In this document: positions 1 to 9,505 of the stretch, in pieces
Layout: the number at the start of each line of letters is the position of its first letter
Position numbering within the stretch: position 1 is the first letter of the stretch
Virus record (IMG/VR): IMGVR_UViG_3300037466_001520
Direction: 5' to 3' (one strand)
DNA length: 64,000 nucleotides
From: a virus
Taxonomy: Duplodnaviria; Heunggongvirae; Uroviricota; Caudoviricetes
The notes under the pieces: generated by a model
Database searches by the model: none
What the model was told of the DNA's origin: nothing
What the model saw: the letters and a program-made list of their open reading frames with translations, nothing else
Program-made: the position numbers and the translations under genes

Positions 1-140
1 TACGACGTCGAGGTCGAGCTTAGCAACGGCACCCGGCACATGGGCAGGCTGGAGCCCCCGGTCCTCGACTACTACACCGTGGCCTACCCTGACGGAGGCC
101 GCGTCGAGTTCCACAAGAAGGACTGCACGGAGCTGACCGG

Positions 141-401
141 ATGAGCAAGGACCAGTTCATAGCTGACCTTGAGGAGCTGGAGCGGAAGCAGGCCGAGCAC
201 AAGGCGCAGGAGGCTTTCTGCAAGAATTGCAGAACGCTGATCAGGAACGACGGCGAGCGGACCTACGGCTGGTACCACCCGACGCAGATCAACGCGCCCG
301 GAGGGCTGGTCCGCTGCAACCCGAAGCACTCGGGACAGCCGTACGGACTGGACGCCGAGCCCGTAGGTGTGGTCCGCAAGGTGACGTGGAGCGAGCTGTG
401 A
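141..401 (+). CDS. hypothetical protein, Cys/His motifs
   Basis: 86-aa ORF in a + strand gene chain. Confidence 0.6.
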   Translation: MSKDQFIADLEELERKQAEHKAQEAFCKNCRTLIRNDGERTYGWYHPTQINAPGGLVRCNPKHSGQPYGLDAEPVGVVRKVTWSEL

Positions 402-586
402 GCGGGGACCCCGGGATCAAGGGGAAGAAGCTGTCCAAGTCCTCGGACGACACGCTGGAGCGGCGCAACCGCTCGATGGAGAAGGTGCTGGATGCGATGA
501 TCGCGTGGGCGCGAAGCAGGACTGAGGAGGATCTGGCGGCATGGGAGAAGAGATCGCTGGAGCACGAGAGGCAGTTCGGATGGTAG
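398..586 (+). CDS. hypothetical protein
   Basis: GTG start overlaps upstream TGA (GTGA coupling). Confidence 0.55.
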   Translation: MSGDPGIKGKKLSKSSDDTLERRNRSMEKVLDAMIAWARSRTEEDLAAWEKRSLEHERQFGW

Positions 587-598
587 AGGAGGACTGAT

Positions 599-889
599 AT
601 GGCGATACTGACACTGAACATGCCCGAGTACAACCGCTCGGACCGGCTGGCGCTGGACCGGATGTCGATGATGCTGCACCAGATCCGCAAGAACGTGGGC
701 GCGCATCGGGTCGGCTTCGCGGACCACGGCAAGGTCAACTTCGAGGTCTGCGCCGCAGCCGAGCGGCTCTACGAAGACTACGGGCTGAACTCGCTCGGGG
801 AGGCCGCGCTCTACTATACGCAGGACTGGCAGGACAGCCTCGACATCCGACTGAGCTGGCGCGACTTCGAGTACAACGGGTGGGTTTGA
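599..889 (+). CDS. hypothetical protein
   Basis: GGAGG RBS, 96 aa. Confidence 0.7.
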   Translation: MAILTLNMPEYNRSDRLALDRMSMMLHQIRKNVGAHRVGFADHGKVNFEVCAAAERLYEDYGLNSLGEAALYYTQDWQDSLDIRLSWRDFEYNGWV

Positions 890-945
890 CGACTGTAGAG
901 GGTATGGATATCCTTCAAACACCAACAGGAAAACAGGAGGCAGGG

Positions 946-1680
946 ATGGTAGAGGACGGGTACATCGAGATCCGCACCGAGACGGGCGGCAGGGCCGAGG
1001 CGAAGCTCGTGGACGGCTGGCTCAGGCTGCGCCGTCTGGACGGCACCGGATGGGCAGGGCTGCACATGACCGACCTCGCGGTCGAGAGCCTCGGGCTGGT
1101 CCAGTCGTGGGTGCACGAGGCCGTGATCAGGGAGGCTGGGCAGTCCAAGGAGGACATGCTCCACGCTCAGGCCGAGCAGTCCCGGCTCAGCGGGATCGTC
1201 GCGGACCAGATCGACAGGATCCGCGAACTGGAGGGGCAGCTCGGGGACGCACAGCGCACGCTCGCGGAGGTGCAGGCCGAGGAGGACGAGTCCGTGCTCG
1301 TGCTGCGCGCCGACAACCAGCGGCTCCGGAACGAAGCCATTCGGTTCAAGTGCTTCTACCGGGACGAGAAGGGCCTCGCGGCAGTCCTCAAGTCCAGCCT
1401 CGACAAGGCCGAGGAGGGGCTGAAACGCATCCGCGCCCTGTTCTCCGAGGCCTCCCGCAGCAACCGGACGACGGTCACGCTCGCCGAACTCGCCGAGGCC
1501 ATCGACGGCAGGAAGCCGTTCAAGTTCCCGCTCGGGGAGACGGTGCTCGGGATCCTCCCGGACGGCGAGGAGCTGGAACTCTACACGTTCAAGAGCGGTC
1601 GGATCATCGACGAGCGCGGCAACGAGTGGACCCCGGGCGAGGCTCAGAGTGCCTTCGAGCGGCTGGAGCTGCTGCACTGA
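946..1680 (+). CDS. hypothetical coiled-coil protein
   Basis: AGGAGG RBS before ATG 946; central heptad-rich region; TTGACG-17-TATCCT promoter upstream. Confidence 0.7.
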   Translation: MVEDGYIEIRTETGGRAEAKLVDGWLRLRRLDGTGWAGLHMTDLAVESLGLVQSWVHEAVIREAGQSKEDMLHAQAEQSRLSGIVADQIDRIRELEGQLGDAQRTLAEVQAEEDESVLVLRADNQRLRNEAIRFKCFYRDEKGLAAVLKSSLDKAEEGLKRIRALFSEASRSNRTTVTLAELAEAIDGRKPFKFPLGETVLGILPDGEELELYTFKSGRIIDERGNEWTPGEAQSAFERLELLH

Positions 1681-1761
1681 CGCCTTCGGGCGGGCGGTGA
1701 GTTGACAACTGTGTATGGTGTCGCTTAGACTCTTTGTATCAGCAGGGACGAGGAGGACACC

Positions 1762-1950
1762 ATGGAAGAGATCAGGAACGACAAGGATCTGCTTTACGCA
1801 TTCAACAAGCTCATCCGGGGCCTCGACGCCGAGGGCCAGCACGCACGGGCCGCAGGAGTCAGGGCGGCGCGCAACAGCATCTTCGACGAGGACGGAGAAC
1901 TCAAGTTCCACACGGAGATGACCAAGTTCGAGGCCGAAGAAGATGAGTAG
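1762..1950 (+). CDS. hypothetical protein
   Basis: GAGGAGG RBS; TTGACA-18-TAGACT promoter near 1702. Confidence 0.7.
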   Translation: MEEIRNDKDLLYAFNKLIRGLDAEGQHARAAGVRAARNSIFDEDGELKFHTEMTKFEAEEDE

Positions 1951-1959
1951 GAGGGCACG

Positions 1960-2286
1960 ATGACAGAAGAGAACATGAGCAAGCCGCTGAACGCCTACAA
2001 CCAGATGGCGGAGAACACGCCGAAGAAGCGCGCACGCCGCAAGGAGGGCGCGAGCTTCATGGACAAGCCGGACTGGCTCTGGCGGCACTCACCGTTCCAC
2101 TACGGGCAGACGCAGGTCCGCTCCGTCGAGATCGAGCGCCACTCCAAGGGGGCGAGCGCGGTCGTCCGCTTCACGCACGGGAGCACTTGGTACCTGTCCG
2201 ATTGGACGGTGGGCGACCTGATGTGGACGGTGAAGGACACCATCGAGCGGGAGACCGGGATGACGTGGCGGAAGGGGCCGAGATGA
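1960..2286 (+). CDS. hypothetical protein
   Basis: GGAGG RBS, 108 aa. Confidence 0.65.
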   Translation: MTEENMSKPLNAYNQMAENTPKKRARRKEGASFMDKPDWLWRHSPFHYGQTQVRSVEIERHSKGASAVVRFTHGSTWYLSDWTVGDLMWTVKDTIERETGMTWRKGPR

Positions 2287-2483
2287 TCGAGGTGGGCAAG
2301 CGGGTCAAGGTCACGCACGTGGTCGAGCCGGAGAAGTGGTGGGAGCACGCCGAGTACGTCGGCAAGGTCGGCAGGGTCGTCGGGGACCGCCTCGACGGAG
2401 AGGTATGGGACGTGGACTTCGACGACGGCAACTGGTCGTGGGGGTTCCGTACCGAGGAGCTGGAGGTCGTCGATGAGGACTGA
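2283..2483 (+). CDS. small SH3/KOW-like beta-barrel protein
   Basis: ATGA coupling; 'VGKRVKV...GKVGRV...WDVDF' pattern. Confidence 0.55.
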   Translation: MIEVGKRVKVTHVVEPEKWWEHAEYVGKVGRVVGDRLDGEVWDVDFDDGNWSWGFRTEELEVVDED

Positions 2484-2898
2484 GCCGCCGCAGAGGATGT
2501 CCTGCGCCGTGTGCGGGCATGTGCTGACGCTGGTGTCCAACGCCTTCTCCGAGCGCTGGATCCACTCGCTGGAGGCGGACTCGTGGCACGAGCCCCAGCC
2601 CGTCCCGGTCGGGCCGGAGACGCTGAACGTGTGCGACTTCTGCCTCGCGGAGGACCCGCAGTGGGTGTTGCCGGTGGAGGCCTACTACTGGGCCGGAGGG
2701 CACAACGACGGGGACTGGTCCGCCTGCAACGGCTGCGCGGCGCTGCTGCGCAAGGGCGACTGGGAGGGCCTCATGACGCGGGCCTTGGAGGGCTCGCGCA
2801 AGCGCGGAGCAGGCAAGAGCACAGCGCCCCGAGGGGTGCTGGAGATCCTCTACGCCGAGCTGCGCACGCACATCAAGGGAGAGGTCAGGAGAGCATGA
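2473..2898 (+). CDS. putative Zn-binding protein
   Basis: CxxC (CAVC), CDFC and CNGC motifs. Confidence 0.6.
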   Translation: MRTEPPQRMSCAVCGHVLTLVSNAFSERWIHSLEADSWHEPQPVPVGPETLNVCDFCLAEDPQWVLPVEAYYWAGGHNDGDWSACNGCAALLRKGDWEGLMTRALEGSRKRGAGKSTAPRGVLEILYAELRTHIKGEVRRA

Positions 2899-3104
2899 AG
2901 GCCGGAGACACCGTGCTCGTCACGCGCGTGGCTGACCCCGAGTACAACACGCGCTGGGCCGCTCGCATCGGCACGACGGGCGTCATCGCGTATCACAGCT
3001 TCAAGACGGATGACGGCTGGGTCGTCGACTTCCTCGACGACAGCGAGGATCAGTTCATGGAATTCAAGGAGGACGAATTGGAGATCGTAGATGGAGATCG
3101 GTGA
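2895..3104 (+). CDS. small SH3/KOW-like protein
   Basis: ATGA coupling; 'GDTVLV...GTTGVI...WVVDF...EDELEI'. Confidence 0.55.
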   Translation: MKAGDTVLVTRVADPEYNTRWAARIGTTGVIAYHSFKTDDGWVVDFLDDSEDQFMEFKEDELEIVDGDR

Positions 3105-3516
3105 CAAGGTGAAGGTGGTGGCGCTGGCCGAGACAGAACTCACGGCTCCGGTGCACGACATCGCCCACGAGCGGGTCGGTCAGGTCGGGGAGGTGAAGTG
3201 GGTGCGCCCGAAGTCGAACGTCTTCTACGACTACCCCGTGCGGGTGGTGTTCCCGACCGAGGACTCGGAGGGCATCAACTACCTGTGCTTCAAGGAGTCC
3301 GAGCTGGCGGTGCTGCCCAAGGCCGGGTCGCGGGTGCTGATCGGCGAGGACACGCTGCCCTCGTTCGCTGCCGGGAAGGAGGCCACCGTCGAGCGGGTCG
3401 AGTACTGCGCCTACCACTCGCGGCACGACTTCAAGCTCAAGGTCAGCTTCGAGGATCCCGAGGGGCTCATCGACATGTGCTACGACGACCACGAGTTCGA
3501 GGTGCTCGCGCCATGA
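3091..3516 (+). CDS. tandem SH3/KOW-like domain protein
   Basis: two 'G(D/S)xVxx...GxxxxV...VxF...ExExL' units. Confidence 0.55.
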   Translation: MEIGDKVKVVALAETELTAPVHDIAHERVGQVGEVKWVRPKSNVFYDYPVRVVFPTEDSEGINYLCFKESELAVLPKAGSRVLIGEDTLPSFAAGKEATVERVEYCAYHSRHDFKLKVSFEDPEGLIDMCYDDHEFEVLAP

Positions 3517-3824
3517 CGGTGCTGCTGGTTCTCTTGGTCGTGTGGGCCTTCGGAGCCGTCGCCACGTTCGCGATCTCGCTGGGCGGCTTCCGCGAGGCGA
3601 GGTGGCAGATCAACCGGGAAAAGAACGACAAGGCGTGGGCCAAGAAGCACTGGGGCGGGCAGCTTGAGAGTTCCGCGCGCTGGATGATGCTCGCGTGGGT
3701 CTGGCCTGTCGCCGGGGCGTGGCACGGGATCCTCGTGTCCTCGCGCTGGGCCGAGGTCGCCTACCGGGACGTCGCGGAGGCGTGGACCGTGGCCTTCGGG
3801 AAGAAGGGGCGGGCAGATGGCTGA
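3513..3824 (+). CDS. membrane protein
   Basis: N-terminal hydrophobic helix; ATGA coupling. Confidence 0.6.
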   Translation: MTVLLVLLVVWAFGAVATFAISLGGFREARWQINREKNDKAWAKKHWGGQLESSARWMMLAWVWPVAGAWHGILVSSRWAEVAYRDVAEAWTVAFGKKGRADG

Positions 3825-4035
3825 GGGCGATCTGCACCGGATCAGCGTCCTGCTCAACGACAAGACCAAGGACGCGCTCGACGAGCTGGCGAGGCGTCAG
3901 GAGGTGTCACGGACCGAGATGGTCAGGCGGCTCGTGGCGCTGGGCATGTACCTCTCGGACGAGCAGAGGTCTGGTCGGAAGATCGTTACCATGGAGTCAG
4001 ACAACACTAAGGGCCGAGAACTGGTCATCCTCTGA
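3817..4035 (+). CDS. ribbon-helix-helix (CopG-like) DNA-binding protein
   Basis: 'RISVLLNDKTKDALDELARRQEVSRTEMVRRLV' fits the RHH pattern. Confidence 0.7.
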   Translation: MAEGDLHRISVLLNDKTKDALDELARRQEVSRTEMVRRLVALGMYLSDEQRSGRKIVTMESDNTKGRELVIL

Positions 4036-4078
4036 ATTTGCAAAACTTGCAAGAACCCCAACAGAAAGTAGAAACACT

Positions 4079-4318
4079 ATGAACGCATACCTCGTCACCC
4101 TCGTCGGAGCGTCGGGCAAGACCACGCTCCCGTGGCGGGTCCGGGCCACCTCGACCGAGCACGCCCATGCCGAGGCGCTCGCGAAGTACGCAGCGGCCAC
4201 CGGGACCGACGCTCAGGGCGTGCACTCGGTGATCGAGCCGAAGGCCGTCGCCTCGGTGGCCGAGACGCACAAGTCCGTCAAGGGCAAGGGCGCGAAGGGC
4301 AAGGGCAAGAAGAAGTAG
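4079..4318 (+). CDS. hypothetical protein with Lys-rich tail
   Basis: ATG after AG-rich leader; ends KGKGAKGKGKKK. Confidence 0.6.
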   Translation: MNAYLVTLVGASGKTTLPWRVRATSTEHAHAEALAKYAAATGTDAQGVHSVIEPKAVASVAETHKSVKGKGAKGKGKKK

Positions 4319-4465
4319 CGTATACTGTCGGAAGGCGCGGCGCTGCTGGCACCGCCAAAGGGCTGTGGACCCTCGGGATTACCGAGACCACGGCCCTCCG
4401 TCTTTCAGGCAGGGCGTTCCGCTGCGCTAACCTTTTAGGGTGGGTTCAACACTTTAGAGGTTAGT

Positions 4466-4978
4466 ATGATCGGTCAGGTAGGCGTCGTCCGGCACGGGAC
4501 GTCATGGGTGGCGCGAGGGATCGAGGCGGTGACACGTTCGCCAGCGTTCCACTGCGTGGTGGGGATCGGCGGCGGTCAGGCCATCGGGGCGGAGCCGGGT
4601 GGGGCGAGGATCAGGGACGAGGGCTACTGGCCCGACACGGTCTGGTCGCAGTTCTTCATCACCGAGCGGCAGGCCAAGCACATCGCGGACTGGGCGCGGA
4701 AGCAGGAGGGCAAGCCGTACGCCTACCTCGACGACGCGCTGCTGGGGCTGCGCTACGAGTTCGGCTGGAAGCTGCCCGGGTGGGCGGCTGCGCGGCTGTC
4801 CTCGGACGAGCAGTGGATGTGCTCGGAGCTGGCGTGCGCGGCGCTGATGCTGGGCGGGGGGATCAACGCCTTCCCGGACCGGAAGTTCTGCGAGGTGGCC
4901 CCGGCTGACTTCCTCGACCTCTTCCTCGCGGAGAAGTGGATCACGGCGGGGAAGGCTCTGGCGATGGCGAGGGCGTAG
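4466..4978 (+). CDS. permuted papain-like (NlpC/P60, YiiX/YebB-type) enzyme
   Basis: His before Cys: 'SPAFHC...GKPYAY...WMCSELACAA'. Confidence 0.7.
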   Translation: MIGQVGVVRHGTSWVARGIEAVTRSPAFHCVVGIGGGQAIGAEPGGARIRDEGYWPDTVWSQFFITERQAKHIADWARKQEGKPYAYLDDALLGLRYEFGWKLPGWAAARLSSDEQWMCSELACAALMLGGGINAFPDRKFCEVAPADFLDLFLAEKWITAGKALAMARA

Positions 4979-5078
4979 CGGACGCTAGACTTCTGGGAGG
5001 CACTCGGTGTTTGACACCGGGTGCCTTTCTGTATATCTTAGGAGTGTCAGAGTTTGAAGGAACGACGGAGGAGACGAC

Positions 5079-5654
5079 ATGCACATCATCGAGCGCGACG
5101 GCAACAAGACCTACCAGCTCACCTCGGGGCGGATCGGCACCAGCGTGTGCGGGACCCCGTGGCCCATCGAGGCCACCATCACCGACACGCGCGGCTGGGT
5201 CGCGTTCAACGTCAAGGACGCCCGTGGCTCGATCCAGACGCTCTCGGTCTCGGCCTCGGAGCTGCGGGAGTTCGTCATCCACAGCGGGATCATCGGGGGC
5301 TGGGAGATGAGCCGCGAGGACGCCGAGCTGCGGGATCTGCGGGAGAAGGTCGGGCGGGCTCAGGATCTCACGCTGGAGCTTCGGGCGCTCCGGGGCGAGC
5401 AGCGGTCGCAGGGCAACCCCAACGCAACGCGCGCCTACGACAGGGCGTTCAAGCTGCTGCGCGAGATCGTGGGCACGCGGGAGGTCGAGCTGCCCGAGGG
5501 TCGCGGGGCGTCGGTGATCGCCGTCAAGGACGGGCAGTCCAAGGAGGAGGAGTACTTCCGGACCTCGACCGGGAAGTGGATCAGCGAGGACAACACGTTC
5601 AAGGACGACGGGGACTTCCTCCAGTTCTGCCGGGTGGTGCGCGTCGTCGATTGA
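5079..5654 (+). CDS. hypothetical protein
   Basis: GGAGGAG RBS, upstream TTGACA promoter. Confidence 0.7.
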   Translation: MHIIERDGNKTYQLTSGRIGTSVCGTPWPIEATITDTRGWVAFNVKDARGSIQTLSVSASELREFVIHSGIIGGWEMSREDAELRDLREKVGRAQDLTLELRALRGEQRSQGNPNATRAYDRAFKLLREIVGTREVELPEGRGASVIAVKDGQSKEEEYFRTSTGKWISEDNTFKDDGDFLQFCRVVRVVD

Positions 5655-5708
5655 CAGCTAGGCGCTAGCTGTATATCTTAGTAGGACCATCAGACAGGGA
5701 GAGCAGGC

Positions 5709-6395
5709 ATGGAGACCAACAAGAGCGAGGGGATCCCGAGCTACATCATCAAGTCGGAGATCGGCGTCGAGCGGCAGATCGAGGCGTGGACCTTCGGAGC
5801 GGGGCACCACACGGTTCACGTGCTCGCGACCAACGACGGGGAGCACGTCAAGCACGTCTATCCGGCGAGGGAGCTTCGCGAGCTGGTGAAGGCGCTGGAC
5901 CTCGGGCTCGTCGAGGACCCGGACCCGACGCACGACAAGGAGTACTGGATCAAGCGCACTGAGCTGAACGCGCAGGAGGTGGTCTCGCTGAGCAGGGCGC
6001 TGAACGAGTCCAACGCCCTGCTGGAGAAGTTAGCGGACCTCGCGAAAGAACTGCGGCAGAGCGCGGCCAAGTGGGCGAACCCGGAGACCGCGCAGAAGAC
6101 GCTGGCTCCGCCAGTCGCCACGCTTGGCAAGTCGATCATCCTCTCGGACGTGGCGACCCGGATCGAGGAGGTGCTCTCTGGCCTGTCGCTGGAGCAGGTC
6201 GGCGAGCTGGGCGTCTCCGCTGGCGTGGTCGGGGTGGCGAAGGCCAGCGAGGACGACATGGTGTGGTGCCCGCTGACGAAGGGCGAGCGGCTGGAGCTGC
6301 GCCGGTTCTCGGACGGGCAGTGGCACGACACCAAGGGGCGGGAGTTCACCGACGTGGAGCTGACCGACAAGTTCGACGTGGTGGAGGTGCTCTGA
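5709..6395 (+). CDS. hypothetical protein
   Basis: 228-aa ORF with RBS and promoter. Confidence 0.7.
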   Translation: METNKSEGIPSYIIKSEIGVERQIEAWTFGAGHHTVHVLATNDGEHVKHVYPARELRELVKALDLGLVEDPDPTHDKEYWIKRTELNAQEVVSLSRALNESNALLEKLADLAKELRQSAAKWANPETAQKTLAPPVATLGKSIILSDVATRIEEVLSGLSLEQVGELGVSAGVVGVAKASEDDMVWCPLTKGERLELRRFSDGQWHDTKGREFTDVELTDKFDVVEVL

Positions 6396-6613
6396 TGGAC
6401 GAGGGACTTTGGATGGACAGCAAGAAGGTTGAGGTCTCGTCGCTGATCGGGCTGACCCTGTCCTTGCTGGCGGCCTTGGCAGGGGTCGTGCTCATCGTGG
6501 CAGGCATCTGGACCGGCGACTCGCGCTGGGGTTGGACGGGCGCTCTGTTCCTCATTCCGGCGCTGCTCGGATTCTGCTGGGCCATGATCGCACTGGATCA
6601 GATGAACCGATGA
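6395..6613 (+). CDS. membrane protein (2 TM)
   Basis: TGATG coupling, two hydrophobic helices. Confidence 0.6.
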   Translation: MDEGLWMDSKKVEVSSLIGLTLSLLAALAGVVLIVAGIWTGDSRWGWTGALFLIPALLGFCWAMIALDQMNR

Positions 6614-6735
6614 GGCTCTGGCATAGGTGGGTGCTGCGGCACTCGGTGAGGGTCTCGCCCGTGACCCGGGGGCTGTTCGACTCCTCGCGCGGGGAGATGC
6701 ACTACTGCGAGTGCGGGAAGGCATGGGCGCTGTGA
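6610..6735 (+). CDS. small Cys/His protein
   Basis: ATGA coupling; HYCECG motif. Confidence 0.5.
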   Translation: MRLWHRWVLRHSVRVSPVTRGLFDSSRGEMHYCECGKAWAL

Positions 6736-7061
6736 GGGAGCTGGGCGAGTACGTGCAGGACGCGGGCGGGGACCCGTTCAAGGTCCACGCTGCGGTCGAT
6801 GCGCTGATCGGGATCTACAAGGGCAGGGAGGGCTGCGCGGAGGCCGTGGCGCGCTTCGAGGGCACGCTCTGGGCGATGTCTCAGGGCATCCGCTCCCTCG
6901 ACGTGGACTTCGAGTGGAACGACTACATCCGCTCGGTCCCGTGGTGGAGGAGGCGGCACGAGCGCCGGTTCGAGGGGCTGTGGAAGGCCAACCGCTTCAA
7001 CGAGCGGCTGGCCGAGGCACGGCGCGAGGTGAAGGAGATCGCGGCCCATGCGAACGTATAG
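6732..7061 (+). CDS. hypothetical protein
   Basis: GTGA coupling. Confidence 0.55.
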   Translation: MRELGEYVQDAGGDPFKVHAAVDALIGIYKGREGCAEAVARFEGTLWAMSQGIRSLDVDFEWNDYIRSVPWWRRRHERRFEGLWKANRFNERLAEARREVKEIAAHANV

Positions 7062-7079
7062 CTGGGAGCTGAGGGCCTG

Positions 7080-7316
7080 ATGTCGAGGCGGGGCGCGGTT
7101 GGCCTTCGGCAGGAGGTGTGCTTCAACTGCGGGGCGCGAAAGGCCGATGTCCAGAGGTCGTGGGAGCATGGGCGGGGCGGGACCCCGTGCGAGCTGCGCG
7201 ACATCGAGGGCGAGGTCGTGCAGAGGTGGCGGAAGCACCGGTTCACGCTCACGCAGGCGCAGCGGTATGCACTGGAGGAGTCGCGCTACACGGGGGTCTG
7301 GGTCGGGTTCTCCTAG
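7080..7316 (+). CDS. putative Zn-ribbon protein
   Basis: CFNC...H...C motifs. Confidence 0.5.
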   Translation: MSRRGAVGLRQEVCFNCGARKADVQRSWEHGRGGTPCELRDIEGEVVQRWRKHRFTLTQAQRYALEESRYTGVWVGFS

Positions 7317-7319
7317 GGC

Positions 7320-7372
7320 TTGCGCATCTCTGCCGAGTGGACTACTGTATATCTTGTAAGCGAAACACTTTG
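7320..7372 (+). promoter_or_regulatory. TTGCGC-17-TACTGT promoter with conserved leader; second copy at about 8300-8352
   Basis: shared 'tggactactgtatatctt(g/a)taagcgaaacactttg' at both sites. Confidence 0.65.
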
Positions 7373-7405
7373 GAGATTATCTCCGAGAGAGAGAGGCAGG
7401 ACGAG

Positions 7406-7990
7406 ATGAGCACTGCGAAGGTCAACGTCGTCAAGAAGGCCCGTCAGGATCAGGGCAAGTGCGAGAACTGCGGCGCGGAGTTGAAGGCCGGGGACGGCTA
7501 CCTCTGGTTCACGGTCGGGTTCCGCTCGAACTGGAAGCACAAGCGCTGCCTCAGGTCCGAGTGCTTCCCGCGCCCCTCGGAGCGGGAGTCGAGCAAGTTC
7601 GCCTCGGTGATGGCGGCGCAGGAGGACTTCGACGAGTCGGTCGGCGGGATGTACGAGGTCGACGAGATCGAGGCCGCAGTGCAGGCGGTGGCCGACGCGC
7701 TGAACGAGCTGCGCGACGAGTACGACGAGGCGCTGGGCGCGTGGGAGTACGGCAACGAGCAGTTGCAGGAGAAGGTCGACCACTACGAGAGTCAGGCCTA
7801 CGAGGTCGACGGCTGGACGTGGGACGGTACCGAGGACTGGGACCGCTGCGACGAGCACTACGACGAGGACCCCGAGTTCGAGGAGGACGGCACGCCCAAG
7901 TGCGAGGCCTGCGCCGAGCAGCGCGAGGACTGGATCGAGCAGGTCAGGGACGCGGCGCGCGACGTCGTCAACAGCATCGAGCAGCTCTGA
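7406..7990 (+). CDS. Zn-binding acidic hypothetical protein
   Basis: CENC, C-x4-C and CEAC motifs; Asp/Glu-rich C-terminus. Confidence 0.7.
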   Translation: MSTAKVNVVKKARQDQGKCENCGAELKAGDGYLWFTVGFRSNWKHKRCLRSECFPRPSERESSKFASVMAAQEDFDESVGGMYEVDEIEAAVQAVADALNELRDEYDEALGAWEYGNEQLQEKVDHYESQAYEVDGWTWDGTEDWDRCDEHYDEDPEFEEDGTPKCEACAEQREDWIEQVRDAARDVVNSIEQL

Positions 7991-8298
7991 TGTTCGACAA
8001 CGACAACCCCACGGGCGGGAGCAGCGACATCCTCTGGTGGTTCGAGGGCGAGTTCGCCGAGGAGTTCAAGCGGCACTCGTGGCTGTCGGGGAACTGCTCG
8101 TGCGGGAACGACACCCACGACACCCTCGCCGACCACCTAGCGTGGGCGGCTAGCGAGGTGCTGCGGCAGAGGTGCCACAAGGAGCGCGCGGTCCGCATCG
8201 AGGTAGGCCCGAGCAGGGCCGAGAGGATCCAGATCTGCGCGCCGGACGAGGTCGACTGGAACGTTGCGCGGATGGTGTCAGATTGGGTGCCAGACTAG
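7990..8298 (+). CDS. hypothetical protein (CxC...H...H)
   Basis: TGATG coupling. Confidence 0.55.
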   Translation: MFDNDNPTGGSSDILWWFEGEFAEEFKRHSWLSGNCSCGNDTHDTLADHLAWAASEVLRQRCHKERAVRIEVGPSRAERIQICAPDEVDWNVARMVSDWVPD

Positions 8299-8365
8299 GC
8301 TTGCGCGTCGGCTTCGATTGGACTACTGTATATCTTATAAGCGAAACACTTTGAAGGGAGAGGCC

Positions 8366-8653
8366 ATGGCAGCAGACCAGAGGAACATCGTCGACGTCAT
8401 CAAGGAGGTCGACACCGACGCCCGGTTCGAGCGGAAGGAGCTGCCCGGGTACGGGTGGCTGCTGACCGCACCGAGTGGGAGCATCCTCGCCATCGGAGAC
8501 GACTGGCAGGGCGGGGACTGGGGCTTCTCCTACTGCATCTACCCGGACGCCGAGGCCCTCGCGATGCGCGACTACATCGAGAACGACGGGGGCACCACCT
8601 ACGAGGAGGCGCGCAGCGTGATCGGGCGCTGGTACGCGGAGGAGCAGGCGTGA
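8366..8653 (+). CDS. hypothetical protein
   Basis: GGGAGAGG RBS after duplicated promoter. Confidence 0.65.
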   Translation: MAADQRNIVDVIKEVDTDARFERKELPGYGWLLTAPSGSILAIGDDWQGGDWGFSYCIYPDAEALAMRDYIENDGGTTYEEARSVIGRWYAEEQA

Positions 8654-8820
8654 GCGGGCTGCTGGTGGCGCTGATCGTCGTCGGGTGGCTGGTCGTGATG
8701 GTCGCGTGCATGGCCTTCTCGATGTGGATGGACAGGCTCGGTGCGCTGCTCGTGGCGTGCGTGGTCATGGTCGGCGCGTCCTACACGGCGCTCAGGCTGG
8801 TGCTGGCGGTGCTGGGCTGA
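8650..8820 (+). CDS. small membrane protein
   Basis: GTGA coupling; two hydrophobic helices. Confidence 0.55.
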   Translation: MSGLLVALIVVGWLVVMVACMAFSMWMDRLGALLVACVVMVGASYTALRLVLAVLG

Positions 8821-8850
8821 ATGCGGCAACACAACGGACAGGGAGGAAGC

Positions 8851-9036
8851 ATGGGAGCTAGGGGCAGGCGGAGGTACTCGGAGGCCGAGGAGGCTCGGAT
8901 CTGGGAGGCCATGACGGACGAGGAGCGCGCGGAGTACTCGGCGCTGGCGTTCGGGGCGGACATCGCGGTTGCAAATCTTGCAGCAATGCGGGCGATCCGG
9001 AACGCGGCGATGGAGCGGATGGAGGTGAAGTGGTGA
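8851..9036 (+). CDS. hypothetical protein
   Basis: GGAGG RBS. Confidence 0.55.
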   Translation: MGARGRRRYSEAEEARIWEAMTDEERAEYSALAFGADIAVANLAAMRAIRNAAMERMEVKW

Positions 9037-9197
9037 TGGACAAGTACGAGATGTCGGACCTCTTCTACTTCTTCACGGACGAGGGCAAGCCCAAGGAGTG
9101 CAAGCTGTGCGGAGCTGGGGCGATGAACGCCGAGGTGCACCTCGACTGGCACAACAAGATCGCGCGGGAGCTGGAGGGGCTCTGGGGCAGGCAGTAG
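9036..9197 (+). CDS. small Zn-finger-like protein (CKLC...H..WH)
   Basis: read from the sequence; TGATG coupling; 53 aa. Confidence 0.5.
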   Translation: MDKYEMSDLFYFFTDEGKPKECKLCGAGAMNAEVHLDWHNKIARELEGLWGRQ

Positions 9198-9235
9198 AAA
9201 CTGAGTATTATACCACAGGAAAAGGGAGTGATGCA

Positions 9236-9505
9236 GTGATCAAGTTCGGGTTCCAAGTCGACCATCCGCGCAGGTTGCAGGAGATCTACGACCTCGCGGG
9301 CCGGGTCCAGCTCAACATGGGCGGACGCCACCCGGATCTCGTGCACGAGTCGGAGTCGGTGTTCACGCTCCGGATGGAGGTGTGCAGGGCCGTGGACTAC
9401 TTCGTGCGGACCAATCCGGTCGGCGCGAAGCAGGTCGCCTTCGAGGGATGCGTGGACCTTGAGATGGCTCTGGGTCTCCACGACATCGTCCTGAGGTGGC
9501 TCTGA
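9236..9505 (+). CDS. hypothetical protein
   Basis: GTG start after GGGAG. Confidence 0.5.
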   Translation: MIKFGFQVDHPRRLQEIYDLAGRVQLNMGGRHPDLVHESESVFTLRMEVCRAVDYFVRTNPVGAKQVAFEGCVDLEMALGLHDIVLRWL

